IMG/VR virus record: IMGVR_UViG_3300029951_000019
From: an uncultured virus (IMG/VR IMGVR_UViG_3300029951_000019)
Lineage: Duplodnaviria > Heunggongvirae > Uroviricota > Caudoviricetes
Direction: 5' to 3' (one strand)
DNA length: 64,000 bases
The notes beneath the pieces were generated by a model, which was not told where the DNA came from, did not search any database, and saw nothing but the letters and a program-made list of their open reading frames with translations. Each line of letters begins with the position of its first letter. Position 1 is the stretch's first letter. A program made the position numbers and the translations under genes. Positions 31,454 through 41,476 of this stretch are shown one piece after another.

Positions 31454-31681
31454 ATGGCCGCCGACCAGCTGCTCTACGACGCCGCGATCCTCGTCACCAC
31501 CAGCCGCTTCGCCGCCCCCGACCGTCTCCAGCGCCGCCTGCACGTCAGCATGGGCGACGCCGTCGACCTCCTCGACGAGCTGGAGGAGTACGGCATCGTC
31601 GGACCCTCCCAGGGCAGCCTGCCGCGCAACGTCCTCGTGAAGGCCGAGGACGTCGACGAACTGCTCGGCGGTGCATCGTGA
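31454..31681 (+). CDS. Stand-alone FtsK gamma (wHTH) domain protein
   Basis: LQRRLHVSMGDAVDLLDELEEYGIVGPSQGSLPRNVLV. Confidence 0.85.
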   Translation: MAADQLLYDAAILVTTSRFAAPDRLQRRLHVSMGDAVDLLDELEEYGIVGPSQGSLPRNVLVKAEDVDELLGGAS

Positions 31682-32604
31682 CCACGATCAGCGTCCCCGG
31701 CCCGAACCCGCAGGGCAGCCACCACTGGGTCATGACGATCAGCTGGCAGACGACACCCGGATCCGAACGTCGAGGCACCTGGCGCTCCACCATCACCCCG
31801 GAGCCCGGCCAGACCCGCGCCGACATCTACGAGATCCTCCGCGCGTTCGTGATGCGCGACGCCAGCTGCGGCATCCCGCCCACCGTCCTGTTCTTCGCCC
31901 TGGAACCGAACGCCCTCGGCGGTGCGCGATGACCCGCCCCGACTGGATCTACGGCCCCGACGGTGTCCTCGCCAAACCTGAAGCATGGGCCGCACAGGCC
32001 AGCCCGAGCGAGCACGTCGCCCCGTGGCCCGGCGGCGTCCTCATGCGGTTCACCACCCTCGGCGGATCCCACGTCGACGTCACTGGCAGCGGCGACCACA
32101 CCGAGGACAACGCGTGGCACTGCCGCGGATGCCTGCTCGACTCCGAGCGCCCCGCGAAGGACTTCCTCTTCCGGATCCGCACCAGGGCCAACGACCACGC
32201 CAGCATCTGCCGGGCCGTGCCCAAGCCGGAGGGGACCGCATGAACGGCGAACCCACGCTCTTCGACCGCGACGGCTCCAGCCGCCCGGCGACCGACGACG
32301 AGATCCGCGCCGTCCTCACCGGCGACCTCTACGCCGCATGGCAGGACTGCCAGGACGACGACGACGAGGACGGCGACCAGTGAACACCCCCGACGACGAG
32401 CCCTACGTCTGCGCCCGCGACATCGGCCTCGTCCACGCCTGGATGGCCTGGGAAGCCGCAACCGAAACCAGCGAACCGCTCACCGGCGACATCAGCACCA
32501 CCACCGAGACCGGCACCTACGGCGTCGGGCTCACCGACTACCGCACCGAACGGCTCACCCGGGTGCTGCTCGCCGACGCGCACAGCCAGCCCGGACAGGG
32601 CTGA
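31678..32604 (+). other. Small hypothetical genes (31678-31932, 31929-32243, 32240-32383, 32380-32604)
   Basis: ATGA/GTGA coupling. Confidence 0.65.
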
Positions 32605-32680
32605 CCCAGACGCAGCCCGGTCCGGTGCCCCCGCGACGGGCCGGGCTGCCAGCACCCCGAACATCCACCCGGAGGACACC

Positions 32681-32794
32681 ATGCTCAGCACTCTCATCCA
32701 CCACCTAGCCAACCTCACCTGGACGTGCACCAGGTGCGGCACCAACAATCCCGACGACGCCGGAACCTGCGGAAACTGCCACGCCGACTGGTAA
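32681..32794 (+). CDS. 37-aa RanBP2-type zinc-finger peptide
   Basis: GGAGG RBS; WTCTRCGTNNPDDAGTCGNC. Confidence 0.6.
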   Translation: MLSTLIHHLANLTWTCTRCGTNNPDDAGTCGNCHADW

Positions 32795-33123
32795 CCCCCA
32801 CTCGCGGCCAGATCACCGAACCCACGCCGGGCGACAGCAGCCGCCCGGCATCACCACCCACGGAAGGAGAGCACCATGCACCCCACATCGCTGATCACCG
32901 CGCTCCTCGCCCTCACGTTCGGGGCATGGCTCGCCGTCCGCACCGGTGACGGGGCCGGGGCGTTCGCCGTCGGCTACACGGCCGCAGCCTTCACCGGGCA
33001 CCGGCTCTTCCGCGTCCACCACCACGACACGCACCGGCACGCGCTGATCGTCGCGTTCGCGGCATTGCTCCTCATCCCCAGCATTCGACACCGCCTCGTC
33101 CGCTTCGCCTGAAAGGCAGACCA

Positions 33124-34482
33124 GTGACCGACCCTCTCGACCAGCCGTGGCAGGACCTTCGCAGCATCCTCGCTGCGCCTGTCGACGCGCCCGAGAAGGC
33201 CCCGGCTCGACCCCCTCTCACGCGAGCCCAGAAGTGGCTCGTCGGCATGGTCTCCGGATTCGTCACGATCATCGCTGGCATCGGCTTCGCCGGGTCGTAC
33301 ACCGCAGTCACGAAGCTCGCCGCAGCCAAGGGCTTCGGCTGGTTCGCCTGGGCGTTCCCCGCCGGCGTCGACTCTGGCATCGGCGGGTTCCTCGCCCTGG
33401 ACCTGCTCCTCACGTGGCTGCGGATCCCGTACCCGCTGCTGCGTCAGATCGCCTGGTGCCTGACCGCCGCGACGATCTGCTTCAACGCGTCCTCGGCCTG
33501 GCCCGACCCGCTCGCCGTCGGCATGCACGCCACCATCCCGCTGCTCTTCATCGCCGCCGTCGAAGGCGCCCGACACGCAGTCGGTCGGATCGCGGACATC
33601 ACCGCCGACCAGCACATGGAGTCGCCGCCGCTGATCCGCTGGATCATCGCGCCGTGGCCGACGTTCCGGATCTGGCGACGAATGCGACTGTGGCACCTGC
33701 CGTCCTACACCGCAGTTATCGAGCAGCAGAAGGAACTGAAGATCTACCGCGCCAGACTCCGCAGCGACTACGGGCGCCGTTGGCGTCGGGACGCGCCTGC
33801 GGACAGGTTGCTCGTCTTCGAGCTGGCTCACTTCGGGACTTCGGTTTCGGATGCCCTCGCGGCACCCGAAGCGGAAGCCGAAGCGCATCGCGCGGCCGAA
33901 GTTGAGCGGCGGGCCGAAGCCCTGCGGCAGGCAGAGGCCGAAACCGAAGCCGCCCGCGAAGCCGAAGAGCGCCAGCGGGCCGAAGCCGAAGCGCGGCGGA
34001 TCTCCGAAGCCGAAGCCGAAGCAAAGCTCGCCGGGATCGCCCGCGCGCAGAGAATCGCCGACGCCGAAACCGAAGCCCGCATCGCCGCAGTCGAAGCCGA
34101 GCGGCACCGTGCCTTCCAGGCGCAGCAGGCCCAGGAAGCCGAAGCGAAGTTGCAGCGCGAACAGGAGATGCTTCGCGTCGCCCAGGAGCGCAGTCGCCTC
34201 GAAGCCGAAGCGGCGAAGCCGAAACCGAAACGGGGAGCCGAAGCGGCCCGAAGCCCGAAGCCGAAGCCGACGCCCGGAGCCGAAGCGAAATCGAAGCCCG
34301 CGGCCATCGGCGGCAAACGCACCCAGGTGGAAACCGAAGTCGAAGCCGTCCTCGCGCTCATCCAGACCGACGGCTATGACGCCGTCGGCCTGGAGCGTGT
34401 GAAGGCCGACTTCGGGTTGAAGCACGCCGCCGCCTACGACCGGCTACTCAAAGCCCGTGACCGCTACCGCAAGAGCGCCTGA
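33124..34482 (+). CDS. DUF2637-type (Spd-like) plasmid spread membrane protein
   Basis: GFAGSY...FPAGVD...TICFNA...MHATIPLLF four-TM domain; RWIIAPWPTFRIWRRM; coiled coil; C-terminal HTH. Confidence 0.85.
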   Translation: MTDPLDQPWQDLRSILAAPVDAPEKAPARPPLTRAQKWLVGMVSGFVTIIAGIGFAGSYTAVTKLAAAKGFGWFAWAFPAGVDSGIGGFLALDLLLTWLRIPYPLLRQIAWCLTAATICFNASSAWPDPLAVGMHATIPLLFIAAVEGARHAVGRIADITADQHMESPPLIRWIIAPWPTFRIWRRMRLWHLPSYTAVIEQQKELKIYRARLRSDYGRRWRRDAPADRLLVFELAHFGTSVSDALAAPEAEAEAHRAAEVERRAEALRQAEAETEAAREAEERQRAEAEARRISEAEAEAKLAGIARAQRIADAETEARIAAVEAERHRAFQAQQAQEAEAKLQREQEMLRVAQERSRLEAEAAKPKPKRGAEAARSPKPKPTPGAEAKSKPAAIGGKRTQVETEVEAVLALIQTDGYDAVGLERVKADFGLKHAAAYDRLLKARDRYRKSA

Positions 34483-34502
34483 ATCCGGAGACCGAGAGAC
34501 CG

Positions 34503-35048
34503 ATGAACGAGTCCCCCTTCACCAACCCCTACAACATCACGACGGTCCCGCCGTGGAAGAACCCGGAGCCGGAGTCGCCCCCACCAGCGAAGTTGTCGCC
34601 GCGCGCCAAGGCCGGTCTCGGTCTTGGCTTCGCTGTCGTGGCGGCGGCGGGGATGTGGACGTGGTCGCAGTACGAGACGTCGCAGGCCAACGCGCACGTC
34701 CAGCAGGAGCAGCTCGCCCTGGACACCGCGAAGGTGAACCTGGCCAGCCAGCAGCAGGCCGCGGCTCTGGCGCAGGCCGCAGCGCAGGAAACCCCAGCTG
34801 AGAAGGCCCGTCGTCTCGCCGTGGAGGCCTGTATCGCGGAGGCCGGGAGTAACTACGGCGCGGTGTCGGAGTGCGGGCAGATCTACCCGGTGGTGAGTTC
34901 CCCGGCGCTGACGGACACCTCCAGTACTTCCAGCGTGAGCAACGGGTCCGGGTCGGGCTCGGGCATCGGGCTGGTCGTGCTGGTCTCCGTCGGCGGTGTG
35001 CTGACGTTCGGCGCGGTGAAGAAGCGCTTCCCTGTCCGTAGTTCGTGA
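34503..35048 (+). CDS. Membrane protein of the transfer module
   Basis: Two TM segments, CxxxxxxxxxxxxC. Confidence 0.6.
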   Translation: MNESPFTNPYNITTVPPWKNPEPESPPPAKLSPRAKAGLGLGFAVVAAAGMWTWSQYETSQANAHVQQEQLALDTAKVNLASQQQAAALAQAAAQETPAEKARRLAVEACIAEAGSNYGAVSECGQIYPVVSSPALTDTSSTSSVSNGSGSGSGIGLVVLVSVGGVLTFGAVKKRFPVRSS

Positions 35049-35185
35049 CCTCCTCCCACCCACCCCCCGCCCGCCGGGAAAGACCCGCAAGGGCCCTCCC
35101 GTGCAGGTCAGAGCCCTGGTCCCGTGTTCTGGGGGTCGGGTGGGGGGGTGGGTGGGAGACCCATCTGAGCGAGAGGAGTGCGGTG

Positions 35186-36727
35186 ATGGCGACAGCGACT
35201 GAAGCGACCGAGGCAACCGCTCCGGGCGAGGAGCACGGCCCGGCGAGCGGGCCCGAGGCAGCTGCCCCGACTGCTGGCCCGGGGCCGCTCGCGAAGCTCC
35301 TCACCCCGGTGGAGCCCGCCCGCCCGGTCCGGCCGCTCGGAACGACGGCGGCCATGAAGCAGGCCGCCGACGCTACAAGCAGCAAGGACGCTACGGGCAA
35401 TGCCGACTCGGTCAAGGCCGGCGGGCGTGGCAGTGTCGTGGCCGCGCTCGGCCACGCCCTGGCCGAGCGGATCCGCCGCGGCGGCACCAGCGTCAAGCGC
35501 ACCCACACTATCGCCGAGACCCGGGCCTCCGGCGGCACCAACACCGCCAGCAGCACGAACAGCGCTGGACGCCTCGCCAAGCAGGACGGCCAGAGCCGCA
35601 CCAGCCGCGACGCCAAGGTCGCAGACCTCAACAACAAGGTGCAGCAGCGCCACGGCCGGACGGGCAGCGACGTCAAGAAGGCTGCCACGACCGACGCGAA
35701 GTCCACGCGCACCAAAGCGTCGAAGGGCGACACCTCACCCAAGGGCCCGGCCGCCAAGGCCACCCGGCCCGGGGGCGCGAAGGACAGCGCCGCAGCCAAG
35801 ACGCCGGGACCCTCGACACCGGCCGCTGCCGCGCGCCCCTCCGGCCCGGACCTGGCGAAGAAGCCCGACCCGAAGAGCCCGGCCGACCCGAACGGCAAGA
35901 CCGCGGCCACCAAACCTGCCGGCACGCCGCCCGGCGGACCGGCGAAGGACACCCAGACTGCGGGCGGCACCGGCCCGGCCACGCCAGCCGCGCCGGCCGG
36001 ACCCACGCTGCGGACCAAGCCCGCGCGCGAGGCCGGATACCGCGACGGCACCCGGGTTGCTGCCGTCACCGGCCACGCGAGGGCCTACCGTGATGGCGCC
36101 CTCGACGGCTGGGACGACCGTACGGCCACCGACAAGGCCGAAGGCCGAACCATGACCGACACGCGGGCACGCAACGCCTCCCGGCCCCAGCAGAAAGCCG
36201 CACCGAAGATGGCCCCGGCCGCCGGATCGACCGTCGACCTCGCGAAGAAGCCCGCCGCCGCGGTGCCCGTGCAGGTGACTGCCGTCAACGACAAGGCCGT
36301 CGCGTTCACCGCCGCCGGTGGCGAGCAGCACACCATGAGCCGCGGCGAAGTCCGCACCCTCAAGGCATTCGAGCGGCGCCTCGCGGAGAAGAAGGCGGCG
36401 CTGGGCCGGATCGCGGAGCGCAGCAAGGACACCCGTGTGCAGGCCGTCGACCTGGCGTCGCGGGCGCAGCGCCTGTCCGAGGACGCGAAGACAGTCAAGG
36501 GCGGCGACAGGATCGTCGCCCTGTTGGGGCGTCTCGCCGAGCGGGCCCAGGTGCTGCGCGGCCGCGCCGAGGACATCGAGAAGAACGCGCAGCGCGGCAG
36601 CGAGGCCGTGAACACCTTGGCAGCCAATGCCGAGACCCGGCACGGCGGCATCTACCGCGCGGTCGTCGACTCGCCGCTGACCGCGCCCGCCGAACGCGAG
36701 TTCTACCAGGACAAGGCGGGGAGCTGA
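35186..36727 (+). CDS. Transfer-module protein (Ala/Pro/Lys-rich, helical C-terminus)
   Basis: GAGGAG RBS; C-terminal RHGGIYRAVVDSP...FYQD. Confidence 0.65.
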   Translation: MATATEATEATAPGEEHGPASGPEAAAPTAGPGPLAKLLTPVEPARPVRPLGTTAAMKQAADATSSKDATGNADSVKAGGRGSVVAALGHALAERIRRGGTSVKRTHTIAETRASGGTNTASSTNSAGRLAKQDGQSRTSRDAKVADLNNKVQQRHGRTGSDVKKAATTDAKSTRTKASKGDTSPKGPAAKATRPGGAKDSAAAKTPGPSTPAAAARPSGPDLAKKPDPKSPADPNGKTAATKPAGTPPGGPAKDTQTAGGTGPATPAAPAGPTLRTKPAREAGYRDGTRVAAVTGHARAYRDGALDGWDDRTATDKAEGRTMTDTRARNASRPQQKAAPKMAPAAGSTVDLAKKPAAAVPVQVTAVNDKAVAFTAAGGEQHTMSRGEVRTLKAFERRLAEKKAALGRIAERSKDTRVQAVDLASRAQRLSEDAKTVKGGDRIVALLGRLAERAQVLRGRAEDIEKNAQRGSEAVNTLAANAETRHGGIYRAVVDSPLTAPAEREFYQDKAGS

Positions 36728-36729
36728 CC

Positions 36730-37098
36730 ATGGCAATCACCTACCGTGAGCTGCTGCGTGAGGCGCGGGCCCTGGCCTCGGACGTGCGCCGCGCCACCGC
36801 CGCCCACAAGAAGATCGCGACCGCGATGAACGACCACGCCAAGGACACCGGCCGTGTCGCCGAACAGATCTCGACCCTTCACGTCGACACCGCCACGGTT
36901 GCCGAGACCCGCGAGGTCGCCCGCATCATGCAGGGCCTGTCCACCGCCGCGATCGCCTACGCCAACGCCGCCGACGAGGCATCCCGGGTCGCGGCGGCCG
37001 CCGAGCGGGAGACCGTCGCCACGCACGGCGGCATCAAGGAAGCCGCCGACCGGTCCCCCGCCCCCATGGCCGCCCGCGGCTGGTACACGCAGGATTGA
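36730..37098 (+). CDS. Small helical transfer-module protein
   Basis: C-terminal THGGIKEAADRSP...WYTQD, paralogous to the upstream gene. Confidence 0.7.
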   Translation: MAITYRELLREARALASDVRRATAAHKKIATAMNDHAKDTGRVAEQISTLHVDTATVAETREVARIMQGLSTAAIAYANAADEASRVAAAAERETVATHGGIKEAADRSPAPMAARGWYTQD

Positions 37099-39365
37099 TG
37101 ATGGCCACCAACGAGACCGCGCCTGCCGCCGTGCACATGCCGAACCCGCGCGCGGAGAAGCGCTTCGCCATCGCCCAGGTCGCCGCACCACTGGCAACGG
37201 CCCTCACCATGCCGCTGCTGGACACCTCGGCCGCGAGCACCGTCAGCATCCTCCTCGCCGTCCCCGCGCTCGCCGCCGGCGCGAACTTCATGCGGCTGCT
37301 GCCCGACGACGCCCTGGACGCCATGCCCGGCGGCGACGTGCTGCGCGCCCACCGGCAACCGTTCCTCGTCTCGGCGATCGCGACCGCCACGGCAGCAGCA
37401 ACAGCGACCTTGAACGGCTGGCCCGGCATCGACGCCCTGGCCGCCGGATGGATGGCACTGCCGTCGGTATCCGGGCTGGTCTCGCTGGCGTGGTGGGGCG
37501 CGACCGGGCATGTCGCGTTCTCGCTGCGCCGCGTCCTGCGCGGCCACCACCACGCCGCCGCCTACCAGGCACCCGCCAGCCCCGGGCCAGCCGCGCCCCC
37601 GACGCCTGGCGATGACGTCCTGATGCCCTGGCACATTCACATCTCCCGCGAGGACGGCGCCCACCCCGGCAACCACCTCACCCTGACCGGCCGCAGCCCC
37701 GAGGCGTGGGAGGGCACGATCGAGGCCGAGCCGGGCCGCCCGGTGTCCGTGACCGCCGAGACCGTGTCCGGCGTCTACCGCATTCCCATCGAGCAGGTCC
37801 TCATCACCGAGGGCCCGCACACCAGTGCCCGCCGCATCCTGGTCCACATGGTTGCCCCCGTCGTTGACGAACCCCAGTACAGCGCCCTGGACGCACTGTG
37901 GCTGCGCCGGGTGGGTCACCGGGGCGGCTGCATGCCCGGCACCCACCTCGAAGGCACCGTGCCCGACCCGGCGACCGGGGGTGTCGCAGCGTGGATCGTC
38001 GCCGACGAGGACACCGATGCCATCACCATGCCCGACGCCTGGCGCATCGCCGGGGCACTGCGCACCACCACCCTGCTGGCATCGGTCGAGGCGACCCGCA
38101 ACCCCCGCCGGGCCAAACTGCGGCTCATGGACCGCTCGCCACTCGAAGAGGGCATGCCCCTGCCCGGCCCGGCCGCCCTGGTCGCCAACAGGAACGGCTA
38201 CGTGGAACTGGGCACCGGGATCTCCGGCCGCCCCGCTCGCATCCAGCTCTACGACGACAAGGGCGGCGCCCGCCACGTCCTGGGCGCAGGCGTCACCGGC
38301 TCCGGCAAGGGCGGCGTCCTGCAACTCCTCGGCCTGAGCTACCACGTCAACGGCGTCGCGATCATCTACGCCGACCCGAAGGGCTCCTCCAACCCCGACG
38401 TCGAGGACATGGCCGCCTACCCCGGCTGCGGCATCGACGGCGCGATGGGTGCGCTGCGCCTGGCCTATGCGATCCTTCTGCACCGCGTCGCACAGTCCCA
38501 GCGGCTGAGGATGAAGAACTTCCAGGCCACTGCGGAGCGCCCGTTCGTGGCCGTCATCCTGGACGAGTTCGCGCAGCTGCTCGGCGACAAGGCGATCAAC
38601 CGGGCCGAGGCCGGGTTCATCGTCGCCGCTATCGCCGAGCAGGGCCGCTCGCTCGGCATGTGCCTGGTCCTGTTCGGGCAGATCATCAACCTGGACAAGA
38701 TGGCCGGGGACACGGCGATCCGCGACAACGTGTTCTACGGCGGTGCTCTGATCCTGCTGCGCTCCGACGGCGCGCAGAAGAACCGCGTCGACCTGCCCGA
38801 CAGCTTCGAGGGCGTCGACCCGTCCAAGATCCCGGCGTTCTGGGCGAGTGACGACGAGTCCCTGATCTACGACCCGGACATGCCCGAGGACGACCCGCGC
38901 CGTACCTTCGGCGTCGGCTACGTCGTCGGCCCCGACGAGCGCGCCGAGATGATGCGCGCCTGGATCCTGGAATCCGCGGCCGGCCACTTCGACCCCGAGC
39001 GCATCACGATCCCGGCGGACTTCCCCGACTGGGATGACCGCGACGAGATCGCCCTGGTCTCCGTCGGCCCGGCTGCCGAGGACGAGGAGGACGGCACGTC
39101 GAAGTGGGCACCCGCCCGGCCGGGCCCCGTTCTCGCCAAGGAACCGACCGCGCAGGAGAAGATCCTCCGTGTCCTCGCCGAGCGCCGCGACCCCCTCGAC
39201 TTGGACGTCGGCTATCTGCATCTGGACCAGATCACCGAGATGACCGGCGTGGCCCGTAAGACTGTCGAGAACACCCTCAGCCGCCTCGCCAAGGACGGGG
39301 CTGTCACCCGCAACCCCGGTGCCGGTGGCGAGTACGGACTGCCCGTCACCGGAGGCGAATCATGA
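37098..39365 (+). CDS. FtsK/SpoIIIE-type conjugative DNA translocase (TraB-like)
   Basis: N-terminal TMs; GVTGSGKG Walker A; ADPKG; VILDEF Walker B; QGRSLG; C-terminal wHTH. Confidence 0.85.
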   Translation: MMATNETAPAAVHMPNPRAEKRFAIAQVAAPLATALTMPLLDTSAASTVSILLAVPALAAGANFMRLLPDDALDAMPGGDVLRAHRQPFLVSAIATATAAATATLNGWPGIDALAAGWMALPSVSGLVSLAWWGATGHVAFSLRRVLRGHHHAAAYQAPASPGPAAPPTPGDDVLMPWHIHISREDGAHPGNHLTLTGRSPEAWEGTIEAEPGRPVSVTAETVSGVYRIPIEQVLITEGPHTSARRILVHMVAPVVDEPQYSALDALWLRRVGHRGGCMPGTHLEGTVPDPATGGVAAWIVADEDTDAITMPDAWRIAGALRTTTLLASVEATRNPRRAKLRLMDRSPLEEGMPLPGPAALVANRNGYVELGTGISGRPARIQLYDDKGGARHVLGAGVTGSGKGGVLQLLGLSYHVNGVAIIYADPKGSSNPDVEDMAAYPGCGIDGAMGALRLAYAILLHRVAQSQRLRMKNFQATAERPFVAVILDEFAQLLGDKAINRAEAGFIVAAIAEQGRSLGMCLVLFGQIINLDKMAGDTAIRDNVFYGGALILLRSDGAQKNRVDLPDSFEGVDPSKIPAFWASDDESLIYDPDMPEDDPRRTFGVGYVVGPDERAEMMRAWILESAAGHFDPERITIPADFPDWDDRDEIALVSVGPAAEDEEDGTSKWAPARPGPVLAKEPTAQEKILRVLAERRDPLDLDVGYLHLDQITEMTGVARKTVENTLSRLAKDGAVTRNPGAGGEYGLPVTGGES

Positions 39366-40033
39366 CCGCACCTGCCCGCGCCCGTCGCCGTCCGGCCCGT
39401 CGTATGCGTCGTCGCCGCCGCCATCCGCTGACGGTGGTCGTGGTCGTCGCGGTGCTGGCGTGGTGCGCGGTGGCGCTGTACCGGCTGGTCGTTGCGCACG
39501 CGGAGGTGAGCATCACCGTCGCCGTCCTGCTGCTGGCCGCCGCAGGCCTCGCGGCCGGTGTGCGCCGGCAGGTGCGGCGTCGCCGCGAGCAGCAGCGTGT
39601 CCAGCGGACCCATGCCCTCGCGGACTTCCTGCGCATGGACGACGTCCAGTTCGAGTACGCCCTCGCCGACCTGTGCCGCCGTGACGGCTGCACCAACGTC
39701 GTGCGTGTCGGTGGCGCCAACGACCATGCTGCGGACGTCCTCGCGACGCTGCCGGATCGGCGGTGGTGGCAGGCGTGGCTGCCTCGCAACCGGCGGATCC
39801 TGATTCAGGCGAAGCGGTACCAGCTCGGTAATCGTGTCGCGTCGGGTGTGGTCCAGGCCGTCAACGGCATGTACCGGGATGTGCATCGCACGCAGCTCGC
39901 GGCCGTGGTTACGACGTCGGATTTCACGCGCGACGCGGTCAGGCTCAACGGCAAGCTGCCGGTGCCGCTGCGGCTGGTGAACGGCGACCAGCTCGGGGCG
40001 TGGGCTGCGGGCGGTGCGCCGCCGTGGCGGTGA
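39362..40033 (+). CDS. Membrane-anchored Mrr-like restriction endonuclease domain protein
   Basis: Two TMs; FE...L; VGGANDHAADV; IQAKRY; VTTSDFT. Confidence 0.85.
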   Translation: MTAPARARRRPARRMRRRRRHPLTVVVVVAVLAWCAVALYRLVVAHAEVSITVAVLLLAAAGLAAGVRRQVRRRREQQRVQRTHALADFLRMDDVQFEYALADLCRRDGCTNVVRVGGANDHAADVLATLPDRRWWQAWLPRNRRILIQAKRYQLGNRVASGVVQAVNGMYRDVHRTQLAAVVTTSDFTRDAVRLNGKLPVPLRLVNGDQLGAWAAGGAPPWR

Positions 40034-40036
40034 GGG

Positions 40037-40252
40037 TCAGGCGTCGGGCTTGGGTGGCCGTCCGCCCGTGTTGCTCCGGTCCCAGGTCTCGCCCCATGCC
40101 GCGACTGCGCCCTTCTCCCAGACGCGGCCGGTGCTGAGTGTGCTGACGGGTTCGGGGAATCCGCGCTTCTTGGCGAGGGCGTAGGCGCGCTGTCGGGAGA
40201 TGTTGAACATCTGCCCGATTTCGGTGAGGCCGACGAGTTCGGTCGTGGTCAT
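40037..40252 (-). CDS. AlpA/excisionase-like HTH
   Basis: VGLTEIGQMFNISRQRAYAL...FPEPV...GRVW. Confidence 0.75.
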   Translation of the reverse strand: MTTTELVGLTEIGQMFNISRQRAYALAKKRGFPEPVSTLSTGRVWEKGAVAAWGETWDRSNTGGRPPKPDA

Positions 40253-40378
40253 GGTCCGATCATTGCGGTTCCCATTTCCCTAGTCAACATGTTCTGCGCT
40301 GTAAACCTGTTGACAGAGTACCTAGCTATCCGCCATGCTGGAAGCAGAAGGAAAGCCCGAGCAGCCAGGGAGACCAAG

Positions 40379-41442
40379 ATGTCGAACGCGGTGACCGTCA
40401 CAGTCCGCAAGCGCTGCGCCGGCTCCTATGACATCGACACCCCGGCTGGTACCTACCAGCTCCAGAACTGCCCCGTCGACACCAGCGACGACTTCCTAAA
40501 GGGCCTGCCGCGCGGACCCCGCTGGATGCTCACCAGCCCCGGCGAATACCACGCCGACAGTGAGTTCACCACCAAGCGCGAAGCCGTCGAATACGTCCGC
40601 ACCATCCAGCAGGAGCAGGCCGACCAGGCCGCCAAGGAGGCAACCGCCATGACCGAGACCACTACCCCGCAGCAGGCATACGGCGTCTTCGCCGACGGCG
40701 ACCTCACCGAGGACGGCTTCCGGGGCGACTACGGCCGCATCGCCGCCGGGGCCACCGCCGCGAACTACACCAGCGACCCCGCCAACGAGGGCATCACCTT
40801 CACGGTCAAGCCCATCTGCATCGGCCACCACGTGACCGACGAGCGCGGCGCGCACGCCGACGCGCTGCCCGTCCCCGCGTGCGAGTCCGGTGTCACCTAC
40901 GGCATCTGGAACGAGAACGACGGCGGCTTCGTCCACTCCCGCGACTGCGCCCTGAAGGCCGCCAACGACGCCGCCGAATTCCTCGCCGAAGACGCGGACG
41001 GGGACTACCGGATTGTCGCGGTCTGCCGCGAGCACGAGGACCAGCCAGCCGGGACCTGCGCAGACTGCAACACCGAGGCCGACGAGGACGAGAACTGATG
41101 GCCGGTCGCATGAAGCCGTGGCTCGCCAGCTGGCGCAAGATCGACACCCGCATGGTGATCGGCGGCAGCACCGTCGTCACAGTCACCGTGGTTGTGACCA
41201 CTCCCGGAAGCAGCGCCGGACGCGAGATCGAGATTGAGCTCACGCCGACCATGGCTCGCCACCTCGCGGACCGCCTGGAGCGCAACGCCTTGGAAGCCGA
41301 CGAGCACAACGACCGCAGGCCGGGGGCGAAGAACTCCAGTCGCTGTGGTGCCGTACCGCCGGACGACAACGCGACCTGTGGCCTGCTGTCAGGCCACGAC
41401 GGCCAGCACTGGAGCGACGACCTCAACATCGACCCCTGGTAG
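40379..41442 (+). other. Hypothetical genes (40379-41098, 41098-41442) behind a TTGACA promoter with GTCAACA/TGTTGAC inverted repeat
   Basis: AT-richer intergenic stretch 40275-40340. Confidence 0.6.
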
Positions 41443-41476
41443 AAGCCCGCCACCCGACCCGATCAAGGAGCCCGCC

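Noticed and set aside
39362..40033. Mrr-like gene plus methylase at 17760 as a restriction-modification system
   Set aside because: They are 21 kb apart, the methylase lacks its catalytic motif, and the membrane-anchored Mrr domain is coupled to the transfer ATPase
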